A stretch of DNA of 38,068 nt from positions 1 through 38,068 of the forward strand of contig MU053800.1 in NCBI GenBank assembly GCA_013239625.1, in the 5' to 3' direction. This stretch comes from Lama guanicoe. Lineage: Eukaryota. Under the pieces are notes generated by a model, which ran no database searches, was not told the origin of the DNA, and was given only the letters and a program-made list of their open reading frames with translations. The position numbers were made by a program, and so were the translations under genes. Shown here piece by piece: positions 24,280-35,150 of the stretch. Position 1 is the stretch's first letter. Each line of letters begins with the position of its first letter.

Positions 24280-24970
24280 GAATGGGACTTGTCTCTTGCT
24301 TGCCTGTTGTAACGTCGCGACACCTGCACTTCAGAATGGCCCCGAGGCTGCCCGAGCGACGGGTAGAAGCCTCTGCGGACTGCTGAGTGGCTCATACACC
24401 CCTTGCCACGGGGCGCCCCCCTGGTTAGCTCCTAGTCTTGGCCTCCAGGGATGCTCACCGGCTTTCTCCGTCCCGTCGGGCGGCACGCTGAAATGCTTCT
24501 GTTCGGTTTTGCATATGCGAAAACAGCATGTCCTCTGACGGTTACCTACAGTGGCACCTTGTATGAAAAATACTTATAGACACTAAAAAAAAAAAAGGGG
24601 GTTCAAATACGGAAGTGATACAGTCCCGGCCCGAAAGGACCTTACCGTCCAGTGAAGTGGAGCTAAGTAAATGGATGGTTATAAACCGCAGTGAGCCTGC
24701 GGCAGGAATCCGTTCGCCGGCCTAGCAGAGGCCGCAGATCCAGGCTGGGGTCACCAGCGCAGGATGCACGGCGTGCACCTGACCTCACCCAAGCGGGGAA
24801 GTGGGTCTGCAGGGCCGGGAGTGGGCGGTGTCCCCGGCGGGAAGCGCACAGGACCTGGGAGGAGTCAGCAGGGTGCACGCGTGCGGCGCCGCCCGGCGGG
24901 GCTGGATGAGAGGATGCTGCAGAGGCCGCTGGAGGGCTGGGCCGGAGGGCGGGGTCCCGCCACCAGGGCC
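24280..24970. promoter_or_regulatory. CpG-rich island-like segment
   Basis: Visibly dense CpG. GC boxes at 24823-24828 and 24947-24954. Palindrome gcacgcgtgc at 24875-24884. CpG o/e not computed. Confidence 0.5.
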
Positions 24971-25730
24971 TCTGGGTCAGGAAGGGGGAGCCATGACTAA
25001 GGAGATAAACACTTTAGGGGAAAAGTACTCGGGTTACATTTCGAAGGATGTAGAAAGTGGTGACCAGGGGAATAAGACCATTGAGGTGATGACACCCGTG
25101 GGGAGGGAACTGGGTGCCCTGCCGTGTGGGGCAGGAGACGGGACAGGGTCTGCTGAGGCTCCCTGACTCGGCACCAGTGATGTCCTGAGCCAGACATTTC
25201 TTTCTTGTAGAACCTGTGCATTGTGTCGGGGTGGGTGTGGGGCTGTCCCATGAGTAGGGAGGGGCCTGTCTCACTAGATGCCAGCAGCAGGACCCCTCTA
25301 GCCGTGACAACCAGAAATGTCTCCAGACATTATCAAATGTCTTCCATGGGCACAGTGGCCCCCACTTGAAATCCACTGGTTCAGATAATGATGGTATTAA
25401 AACAGAATCAACTGGACTTGGACGTGTGCAAAAAGTGAGAGAACAGTCAAGGTGAACGTCAGAACTTCTACAGCGACAAACTCCCGGGGAGAAAGAACAG
25501 GCTCAGTGGGGACTCGTCAGAGGTGCTTTTGGGACATCTGCACAGAGAGGCCCCAGCGGCGACTGGATGGATGGGTCTGGGCTCAGAGGGGGATCTCAGC
25601 TGGAGATGCAGATTTGGGGGTCATCTTCGTAGAGATGGCTGAGATCTCAGGAGATTCATGAGTGAGAAGAGGATAGGCTAGAACTACGGAGAGAACCAAG
25701 TGCTAAGGGTGGTGGAGGAGGATTAAGTCA
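24590..25730 (-). mobile_element. LINE-2 relic, interrupted by MER20
   Basis: gatacagtcccggcccgaaaggaccttaccgtccagtg and gggtctgggctcagagg...gctggagatgcagatttgggggtcatc match antisense L2. Confidence 0.55.
25150..25378. mobile_element. MER20 hAT-Charlie element
   Basis: cactagatgccagcagca...gtgacaaccagaaatgtctccagacattatcaaatgtc...ttgaaatccactg. Confidence 0.85.
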
Positions 25731-25773
25731 CTGATTTTCTACACTGAAAAGGAAGATGAATGAGGCACGTGGT

Positions 25774-25920
25774 GGGGAGGGTACAGCTCAGTGGTAAAGC
25801 TCATGCCTAGCACACACAAGGCCCTGGGTTCAATCCCCAGAGCCCGAGTTAAATAAATAAGTAAATAAACCTAATTACCTCCCCTTATCAAGAATAATAA
25901 AAAAATAAAATTTATTGAAA
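25774..25920 (+). mobile_element. tRNA-Ala-derived camelid SINE
   Basis: ggggagggtacagctcagtggtaaag...ctgggttcaatcccc...aaataaacctaattacctcccc plus A tail. Confidence 0.9.
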
Positions 25921-26022
25921 AGAGAAGCACATAGCACCGTGATCTTTTTTTTTTTAAATCATTAATGAAGATCTTGCTCTCTTCTACGACCCAAGTGGAA
26001 GCTATAATTAAAAAAAAAAAAG

Positions 26023-27340
26023 TTTGATGCTGGGAAAACTGGACAACAGCACATAAATCAGTAAAGCTAGAGCATTCCCTTAAACCATACACAAAAATAA
26101 ATTCAAAACAGATCAAAGACTTAAACATAAGACAAGATATAATAAACCTCCTAGAGGAAAATATAGGCAAAACATTATCTGACATATATCTCAAAAATGC
26201 TCTCCTAGGGCAGTCTACCTAAGCAAAAGAAATAAAAGCAATAATAAACAAATGGGACCTAATGAAACGTACAAGCTTCTGCACAGCAAACTTATAAATT
26301 ATGGTTATAAGAAAAACAAAATGACAATCTATGAAATGGGAGAAAATTTTTGCAAATGAAACCAACAAAGGCTTGATCTCCAGAATATATAAGCAGCTCA
26401 CATGACTTAATAAGATAAAAACAAACAAATCCAAAAATAGGCAGAAGACCTAAACAAGCAATTCTCCTAGGAAGAAATACAAGTGATCAATAGCCACATG
26501 AGAAAATGCTCAATATCACCAATTATCAGAGAAATGCAAATCAAAACAACAATGAAGTATCAACTCACACCAGTCAGAATGGCTGTCATTCAAAAGTCCA
26601 TGAATGACAAATGCTGGAGAGGCTGTGGGGAAAAGTGTACCCTCCTTCACTGCTGGTGGGAATGCAGTTTGGTGCAGCCACTGTGGAAAACAGTATGGAG
26701 ATTCCTCAAAAGACTAGGAATAGACTTACCGTATGACCCAGGAATCCCACTCCTGGGCTTATATCCAGAAGGAACCCTACTTCAGGATGACACCTGCACC
26801 CCAATGTTCATAGCAGCACTATTTACAATAGCCAAGACATGGAAACAGCCTAAATGTCCATCAACAGATGACTGGAAAAAGAAGAAATGGTATATTTATA
26901 CAATGGAAAACTATTCAGCCATAAAAACTGACCACATAATGCCATTTGCAGCAACATGGATGTTCCTGGAGAATGTCATTCTAAGTGAAGTAAGCCAGAA
27001 ACAGAAAGAAAAATACCATATGAGATTGCTCATATGTGGAATCTGAAAAAAAAATAAAAAAGCAAAACAGAAACAGACTCAGACATAGAATACAAACTTG
27101 CGGTTGCCAGGGGGACTGGGGGGTGGGAAGGGACTGGGATTTCAAAATGTAGAATAGATAAACAAGATTGTACTGTGTAGCACAGGGAAATATATACGGG
27201 ATCTTGTGGTGGCTCACTGCAAAAGAGAATGTGGCAATGAATGTATGTATGTTCATGTATAACTGAAAAAATGTGCTCTACACTGGAATTTGATACACTA
27301 TAAAATGACTATAACTCAACAAAAAATTTTTATATATAAA
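26023..27340 (+). mobile_element. Young 5'-truncated LINE-1 (ORF2 3' part + 3'UTR)
   Basis: ORF 26483-27046 is an uninterrupted L1 ORF2 C-terminus ([18 protein letters not shown]...[21 protein letters not shown]). Confidence 0.95.
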
Positions 27341-29520
27341 AGAAGGGTGAGATCAGGAAAATTTTTCAAGAGAAGCTTAGTTTTATTATAGATTCCTAAA
27401 CTAAATGCATTATTTGCTGAATTTATTTCCCCTCCATGCTTTCAGTGCTAAAATTCAAAAACCCCAAACCCTTTAAATAGTGCCATGGTTCTGTGATGGT
27501 GCATGAGGACCTAGACACATGGGGCGGAACTGGAGACCCCATCATGCATTTATTGGCAGTGCTGCTTCCCTACCTTGTCATCCACATCCAGAAACAGGCC
27601 GGCAACTGGGGGCTCAGGGGAAATACAGAAGCTCGAGGTACAGACGGATTCTTTAGCTTTAAGGTTCTACAGTGGTAATTCTGGGAGAAAATAAAATGTT
27701 ATGAAGCAATGGATAAAAATCACTTATGGAGTAGAAAGCAAATCCATAAATAGGAAACAGGATACTTTTGGCAGGAAGGGGAGAAGAAGCGGGAAGTTAC
27801 TATCCTCCAGGTGACAAGACTTCCATAGAGTCACAAAGCTAATTGCCTATAATGCCAATTGTGGTGAAAAGCCTAGGACAAGGCCAACAGCTACCTGTCC
27901 AAGAGGAAGTCAGTATTGAAAAGAAGGCCAGATGCTTTGGGTAAATAAGTGATTACTTGGGTGTAAGTCAAGAGACCCTTGTGAGCAACCCTGACTCACA
28001 TATCTGGGAAGCCCACCCCCAGGTAAGGCTGTGTAGCTTCCCCAGGGCCTGACAACCCACAGGCACACCTGTTTCAAATGCAGCTTTCAGACACGGTGGC
28101 TCCATCTGTGCATTGAAAGAGACTCAAGACAGAGCCGTTTGTCAGAGGGGGATGATCGCCGTGTTGTCTGCCCAATTTCTACAGGGGGCACCGGACCGCT
28201 TCCCGACTTCAGCCCCCCACCTCCCCGCCATCCTTCTCTCCCCCTCCTTTGCCAGCATTAGAAAAGAAGGTAACAAATGGATCTAATTAGCACGGTGGTT
28301 TGAGGCTTCTTAACTTTCTTTCCCTTCCAGCCGTAAAGATGTCCTCTGGCTGAGCATCCTGTGTGGAGCTGCTGTCAGCTCTCACTTTAATAGGCACTTA
28401 AATTTCATGTCAAGCTGACACCTCTTGGAAGACCTTGATTAAATTTGCAAACAGTCTCTCCGTGAACCAGAATTTCAGAGTTGTCTCATTTCGCCTTTCC
28501 AGCTAAAATCCCAGAAGTTTTCTTCTTTGCAGAGAATTACAGGAGTTGGTTTGCAAAGACCCTGAGCATCAGCGAGGCAGCAAAGGGTAACAAGCAAAAC
28601 GGTCTGGATGCTTTGAGTGAGAGAATAAATTCCTCACCTTAAAATTCCATGGGAAGTAAAGGTCTTTAATTCACAATAAAGCATTTCACGTGGCTTGATT
28701 TTGCTCCCTCTCATTCAAAGTCTAGAACGATTCACTGTCATGACTATAATTTTATAAGCAGTCCTAAAAAAGTTTACTTTAAATCTTCTCTTCTGTGTAC
28801 ATTGCAGTTAAGAGTTTCATACTGTCTGTGCGGAGTGAGCAACATTACGGAGAAACAGGATGAAAGAACAGCACAGAACCTCCACGAACAAGGCTGGTAC
28901 TTCCTCCAGCGGCAAATTTCCAGCCTGGTCTCTGGCTTCTGTTGTCTCTTCTCCTGTCTGAACATCATACAGCTTCTCCTCCTTGAAGAGGTAATAAAAG
29001 ACCAGAAGCTAAAAGATCTGAAAGACTCATCTTCTTTTGAAAAGAGGCTGTTGGCTTTTGATTTTTTTTCTTCCGGGGTTTTTCCTACATCATCCAATTC
29101 CAACAGGTCTTTCAGAGAAAACAAATCAAAATTGTCAAGACCTGTGAAGCGTGAAAAATAAATTGCTTTTTCCAACTCCAAAAAGGCACCAGAAAGGCAT
29201 TCATGTCGATCTTCTATAAACCTCTACCCCCATCTTCTAATGTACACACTTCACAAAATATTTATATTCCTCTGGATAATGCACAACAGGGGAACGAGAC
29301 TTATGGCAAAGAAACTGAACTGGTAATACAGCTAATATGTAAACAAGTGTGATTTTGGGGTTTGACTAGACTCCCATAAAACATTCAAATTCTTGAGTCT
29401 GCCAGGATAAGATAGTCAACTGAGACACATGAGCTGTGCTGTGGATGGCATCTGGTCTGTCTGCCAGTGGGCACCAGCCTCAGGGGGAACAGGAGGCAGT
29501 GGGAAAAGCTAGTTGTGCAA

Positions 29521-29745
29521 GGCGGAGGGTATGTATACAGCTCAGTGGTAGAGGACATGCTTAGCATACACAAGGTCCTGGGTTCAATTCCCAGGACCTC
29601 CATTAAAAAAAAATGAAATTGATAAATAAATAAGCCTCATTTGCCTTCCTCCCAAAAATAAATAAAATAAATAAATAAACCTAATTACTTTCCCTTCAAA
29701 AATTAAAAAAAATTAAGTTTTTAAAAATTAAAAAACAAAATTAAA
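29521..29745 (+). mobile_element. tRNA-Ala-derived camelid SINE with duplicated tail module
   Basis: A and B boxes intact. Two aaataa(a/g)cct(a/c)att...ccc + A-tract modules. Confidence 0.9.
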
Positions 29746-31154
29746 AGTCATGCAAATGATGCAGGACATGAAGTATCCCGTCCTAAGATTTCTCGCTGAA
29801 CCACTGCAGTCAGTTTGCCTTCTTTTAATACAGCAGAGACTGACTCATCTGTGCCTGGCTTTCTGTCGCTTACTTCATCCTGTGGTTAAAAGGGCCACAC
29901 TAACACTTGTTCTTAACATTAAAAAAAGGGGGGGTTTGCAGTTCATGGATGAAGCTGTCAGCAGCCATCCAACTCCTGCTGGGAACTGAATGACAAAAGG
30001 AATAGTGGATGGTGTCAGAAGGGACAGACTGCTGGAGGTCACGAGTGGTGGAATAAAGCTGTTTTTCTCAACGAGGTAATAATAATTCTCCAAGACAAGT
30101 AACGGTTCAGAGAGTATCTCATTTAATTGTACATTACTAAATATTCCAAGAAATCTTTGCTCAGCAGCCTCAAAGAGAAAGTTGAGTGGCTGAGATTTTT
30201 AGGTTCTGATGATCCGATCCTGTTGAAACCCCTCCCACAGGGCTGCACCCACAGGACGTGGAAGGAGTGGCTTCTAACAGTCCAGCTTTCCGAATGCCGT
30301 GCCATCTTTTCAGTGTAGTCGGTATCTGGTGTGATTCAGGAGGGTACAGGGGAAGTGCCCTCTGGCCCAGGAAAAGAGGACTGAAATAGAAACATGTTTT
30401 TACGTAAACCAAGGTCATTGGTGAGGCAGGGGTATGTTTCAACCTGGGTCTCCCTGCTAAGAGCCTGACCCTCGAGCAAAGACCACGGGGAGGAAATATG
30501 TCAGACCAGGGCCTCCCCAAGTCCCACAGTGCACACGTGTGTGTCAGAGGGAGGTGCTCACCGAGTGCATCCGAAACCATCCACAGCGTTCACCAACCCC
30601 CACTGCCAGCGCTGAAAAGAGGCCTGACCATAAACATCAGAACATGTTACTGAAGTTAATGGAAAAAAATTGTTTTAACTTAAAAAATAAAATAAAAATA
30701 AATAAAAAATTTAAAAATATTTAAAAATGAAGTTAACAAATTTACCAAACCAACTTGGCAATTCACAGCAACCCCAGAAGCAAGAAGGCAGGGACGCCAG
30801 AGTGGGGGATGAAAAAACACTTCAGAGTGTCCTCCCCAGAGCGGACGCAGATGACAGCGGGTGAGGCCATCACCTCACGTCATGTAACTGACTGTCCACC
30901 CTCGGTTTCTCTGATTCCCAAGTCACGACTCATTTCAGGAGAGCTGTTACCAGTCAAAGGGGCAAAAGTTCTCCCGGCTGATGTGGGAGAGCCACAAACA
31001 ACCAACTCGAGAGAAAAAAGAAAAAAGAGAAAAGCAGTTCAAAACCTTCACTGGTGATTTGGCAAGAGTGTTGGATATGCCAAAATATCACTTTAAACCC
31101 TGAGGTGATGCCTAGCGTGTTACGACGTGACTCCTGCCATTTACAAAGACACAC

Positions 31155-31531
31155 TCATTAAACATTTCATTATTTTATTAACAAAGATAGTCCAGAGAAG
31201 GACTGGGTCAAAATGACAGTGAGGAGGGTTAAAAGCTGTGCCCAGGGGTACTGTTTCAAGAAGATTGTAACCAGCTGTCACCATAGAAAGCTGTTAGCTC
31301 TTAAAACAGGACTGAACTGACACCATCAAGTGCTGAATTTCAAAACAAATTCTTCTCTTTTGCCAAAGCAAAACAGGGAGGATGTCCTTGTTTTTACCTG
31401 CAGGCCTGCTCTCCTGAGAAATGCGGGCACACTTGAGGGGATTAAGCTGGGGTCGGGGGGGAGGGAGAAGGGAGACAGAAAAAGGCAAAATCACAAAAGC
31501 AGGAAATAAAAGCCCACGGCCCGAGCATCAT
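31155..31531 (-). other. PRIM2: PRIM2 3' UTR (end inferred)
   Basis: Non-repetitive sequence between the stop codon and the first canonical AATAAA. Confidence 0.6.
31174..31179 (-). terminator. PRIM2: Polyadenylation signal AATAAA for PRIM2
   Basis: tttatt on the + strand, followed on the minus strand by a GU-rich element (gagtgtgtctttgt) about 20 nt downstream. Confidence 0.65.
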
Positions 31532-31753
31532 TCACTGAAGTAGTTCCTCGAGCTCCTCCATGTCCACCTCCAGAGAGGAGTTCATTGAGGCCAGAGTGGA
31601 CGACGTGTCCTTGGTTTTCTGGACACCCGGCTTGGCCTGGGGAGTGTCTGGCTGGCTGGATTCCTTCTTGAGGTCTTTACCACCACTGAGAATCCATTGG
31701 CTCTCAAAGAAGAACTGATTTGGATGACTCAAGGAAAAGCCACAATCGTCCAC
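31532..31753 (-). CDS. PRIM2: DNA primase large subunit (p58), terminal coding exon (73 aa + stop, phase 0)
   Basis: Translation [73 protein letters not shown] matches the recalled human PRIM2 C-terminus ([31 protein letters not shown]...SSLEMDMEGLEDYFSEDS). Homology starts exactly after the acceptor ctgggcAG|GTG. Confidence 0.95.
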   Translation of the reverse strand: MDDCGFSLSHPNQFFFESQWILSGGKDLKKESSQPDTPQAKPGVQKTKDTSSTLASMNSSLEVDMEELEELLQ

Positions 31754-31787
31754 CTGCCCAGGGGAGTAAATGCGCATCGAGTTAATA
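31754..31787 (-). promoter_or_regulatory. PRIM2: 3' splice site and candidate branch point of the last PRIM2 intron
   Basis: Minus strand: tattaac (31781-31787) ... tttactcccctgggcag. Confidence 0.75.
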
Positions 31788-32419
31788 CTATATAGGGCCA
31801 GGAACCACTTCCCCATCGACGCCCCCTCAACAGCTCAGACAGCTCAAAGGCAGCTCCAAGCAAACTGCCTGGCATGCAGTCAGTTAATGACCATTTGTTT
31901 AAAGAAAGAAAAAAAAAGGAAAAAGGGGGAGAGGGGTTGGATCTTTAAACATTCCAGAATCACGGGGAATGGATATAAACACAGGCGCCACTCTGACACT
32001 GCTCCCCGATGCCACCTGTATTTTACAGCCTGTTTATAAGTCTGCCATATTTAATCCCATGGAGTTTAATGCAAACTCTGAAAAAGCAGCCTCATTTAAT
32101 GAGATTTCTTCATTCCAATCTTGGGCTTTTCTGGTCTTACTTTTTATATACAGTCTTTTTCTTTTTGTAATTTTCATTGTGGCTTAACGCAAACATGACC
32201 AGGGTCCGGGTTTTATGCTATTTCTTTTTTCAAATACTATCACTAAACTTTAAATTAAAATCTGACTATCATTTCAAATTATGCATTACTCTGCCTTTAA
32301 TACTCAATGAGCCTTTAAAGTACTAATACTTTTTGTATTTGAAGATTCAGCAAGCACTCCTTTTTCTACATTTTGGTTCTAAAGATGTACTAATGGTGAA
32401 GAAAAATATATTCCTTAAC

Positions 32420-32680
32420 AGGAGCAAGCACTTATTTAGTGCCTGCTGTGTGCCAGGCTTGTGTTATTCCAAGTGGCACACACACACACACTCATTCACG
32501 CACATGCACACACTCAGTTAACTCCCAGGAGGGCCTTCTGGAGGCAGGTTAGCAGTTATTTTCCCGGCTTTTCGGCTGAGGCATCTGAGAATGAAAGAGG
32601 TTCAGCGACTTGCCCACCACCACACACCGGCAGGGCTGGAGCTGGGACGAGAGTTGGCGGAGTCCGACCAGGACTTTCTG
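32420..32680 (-). mobile_element. MIR relic with internal (CA)n
   Basis: cacttatttagtgcctgctgtgtgccaggc...agaggttcagcgacttgccca...gctggagctggga. Confidence 0.7.
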
Positions 32681-32751
32681 CTGCTGCATGCTTGTACCAA
32701 GAGCAGCAACTTCACCTTGTATTCACTCCTTAAAACACGGAACTCACTACC

Positions 32752-33060
32752 CTTTTCTTTTTTTTAACTGAAGTACAGTCAGTTACAATGTGCCAGTTTG
32801 AGATGTACAGCACAACGTCCCAGTCATGTACACACATACATATATTCATTTTCATTAAAGGTTATTACATGATATTGAATATAGTTCTCTGTGCTATACA
32901 GAAGAAATTTGTTTTTTATCTGATTTTACATATAGTGGTTAACATTTGCAAATTTCGAACTCCCAAATTTATCCCTTTCTCACCCTCTTTCCCCCGTAAC
33001 CATAAGATTGTTGACTATGTCTGGGAGTCTGTTTCTGTTCTGTAGATGAGTTCATTAGTT
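32752..33060 (-). mobile_element. LINE-1 3' UTR
   Basis: Near-identical in layout to the 12044 and 17211 L1 ends (gaagtacagtcagttacaatgtg...gtagatgagttcattagt). Confidence 0.9.
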
Positions 33061-33269
33061 ATGTTTTCTACTGGGGCACGACCCAGGAGCAAGGTAACAC
33101 TTACAAGGGAGTTTGATACTGTGCGCCTCCTGCGTGACTCGCTTCTGCTCAGCTGGACTCAAACCCCTGTCCTCGCTGACTCTGCAGCTGGAGTCGACCA
33201 CCAGACCATTACCATTTCGCTTCAGTTAGTTACTGTGGGTTTTTGGTTAGGGAGCATTTTCACTTCATA

Positions 33270-33385
33270 TTTTTACTAAACTGAGACACCATTACAATTG
33301 TTTTGGTCATCTGCTTTTATATCTCGCTCTCTGTCCTGAAGCGACTTGTACACAGTATGTATCTAATAAATATTTGGTGAATTGA
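33270..33385 (+). mobile_element. LINE-2 3' end relic
   Basis: gtacacagtatgtatctaataaatatttggtgaattga. Confidence 0.5.
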
Positions 33386-33569
33386 GGCCAGAACTAACCA
33401 ATGTGTACCAGTCCTGTACTTTCACATATTAACTGAAGACTCGCTATGCACGAGGCCATGTTACGAGGCAGTAATTTTCCAGCATACAAATGCACTGGAC
33501 TGAGACTAACTCTAAAGAAACCTCTAGCCTAGTAAGTCAGGTACTTAAAAACCTCCATCAAGGGTGAAG

Positions 33570-33743
33570 GGGGGAGGGTACAGCTCAGTGGTAGAGCGTG
33601 TGCTTAGCATGCACAAGGTCCCCAGTACCTCCACTAAAATAAGTAAATAAAAACCTAATTACCACCCCCTAAATAAAAAATAAATTAAAATGTGAAATTA
33701 AAAAAAAAGTCAAAAAAGAAAGAATTCAAAAACCAAAAACAAG
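33570..33743 (+). mobile_element. tRNA-Ala-derived camelid SINE lacking B box
   Basis: ggggagggtacagctcagtggtagagcgtgtgcttagcatgcacaaggtccccagtacctcc. TSD aagggtgaag (33560-33569) / aagagcgaag (33744-33753). Confidence 0.9.
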
Positions 33744-33759
33744 AAGAGCGAAGTGGCAA

Positions 33760-34070
33760 GGGTCCTGGGAGAAGGCGTATTACTCCCCATGTTAGAGAAG
33801 GAGGTGGAGGCGGAGGCAAAGAGAGCTGGCTGGGGAGCAGTGCGGAGGGCCTGGCCTGATGGGCACTGGAAGTGAGGTGGGAAACACAGGCTGGAACCAG
33901 ACATGGGAGAGCCTTGAAAAGCAGGCAAAGTAGCCTGGGCCTAATTTTGCTGGCATCAGGGAATCATTAAAATTTCTTAAGAGGGAGGTGAAGGGATGAA
34001 AGCTATGGATAATCTTAAGGTGGAGTAAAATGGGTGAGCAACAGGTTAGAAGCTGCTATCATGGTGTAGA
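33760..34070 (-). mobile_element. LINE-2 relic
   Basis: gagccttgaaaagcaggcaaag...cagggaatcattaaaatttcttaagagggaggtga...caggttagaagctgct. Confidence 0.55.
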
Positions 34071-34564
34071 ATGAACCTTCCTCACAGGTGGGCCAATAAA
34101 CAGACACAAGGTCCTTTCTGGTAACACTGACTCTAGATGTTCTGGAGTTTCTGATTCTCTTGGTCAGTGGTTGATACGTGTTGGACCAGTAATTTTATAA
34201 TATTCAGTGTACAGCAAAGTGATTGAGTAAGGCTGATTTAAGTTAAGAACAAACTTTTGCCTACTACTTTGCTGCTTAATTTCAAAATGTTTGATATAAT
34301 TTTTATTAATATTGGAGTCATTTGTGAACTTCTTTATTACATTCATATATTATTATATTACATATTTTTCATCTATTATTATATTGGGTTTTTTACCTAA
34401 TTTATTAAGAACTGGGAGATCCAATATGAAGTTCGCATTTTACAAAGGGTTCCATGAAAAGTAAATTTTTTGTCTAGCACATTTCAATCAGAGGGCTTTA
34501 TTTTACCTTTTTTTTTTTATAAACAGAGAATATCAGAGATAGGAAAGACCTAGGGACTCCTCTA

Positions 34565-34690
34565 AATTGAATCTCCTCCATGTTCAGACTAGGAAACTGG
34601 GGCCCAAAGACATTACACAGTTTATGCAAAGTCACAGAAGTAGTAACCAGTTGTGTCTGAATTAGAATTCGGGCCTTTTGACTGGACCAC
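34565..34690 (-). mobile_element. MIR relic
   Basis: ggaaactggggcccaaaga...caaagtcacagaagtagtaa...attagaattcgggccttttgact. Confidence 0.6.
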
Positions 34691-34711
34691 TTAGTTACTC
34701 TGAAATGCTTA

Positions 34712-34797
34712 TTTTCTGAATTGAAATATGGTTTCAACTGATTTACAATGTTGTGTTTCAACTGTACAGCACAGTGATTCAGTTATACATATATATG
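34712..34797 (-). mobile_element. Short LINE-1 3' terminal fragment
   Basis: tgatttacaatgttgtgtt...tgtacagcacagtgattcagttatacatatata. Confidence 0.75.
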
Positions 34798-35082
34798 ATT
34801 TTAAGAGGTTTTACGCCCAGTCAAGTAAACTTATAATCATTATGAATATTGCTTCTAGAGCTTAACTTGACTATAATGATTATGAGAACTTAGTGGTGTC
34901 ATTTCTTGCAAAGAGAACCTAGCACCTTGTGTGAATATTAATTACACATTGGGTATTTTCTATACCTTGCTTCAAGTTGTTAAAATTTTCAGTATATCTG
35001 TTCTCACAGAATATAACTCTCTGGATTAAACTGAATGATTAGACTTCAGTGTGGATCAAATAAAATACAGTCATCTTTATAA

Positions 35083-35150
35083 TAAGCCTCAGTTTCCTCA
35101 CTGATGAAATGGAGATAATAATGCTGGCTGTCATAGGGTTACTATGAGGA
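35083..35150 (+). mobile_element. MIR core fragment
   Basis: gcctcagtttcctcactgatgaaatggagataataat...catagggttactatgagga. Confidence 0.7.

Noticed and set aside
26483..27046. 187-aa ORF as a host gene or active L1
   Set aside because: C-terminus of a 5'-truncated L1 ORF2, with no promoter, ORF1, endonuclease or RT core.
31754..31816. ATG-initiated N-terminal extension [21 protein letters not shown] of the PRIM2 ORF
   Set aside because: Intronic; PRIM2 homology begins exactly at the AG acceptor.
1240..33743. tRNA-Ala(AGC)-like sequences as tRNA genes
   Set aside because: All carry the SINE tail (aaataaacctaattacc + A tract), TSDs, or disrupted stems, so they are SINE copies.
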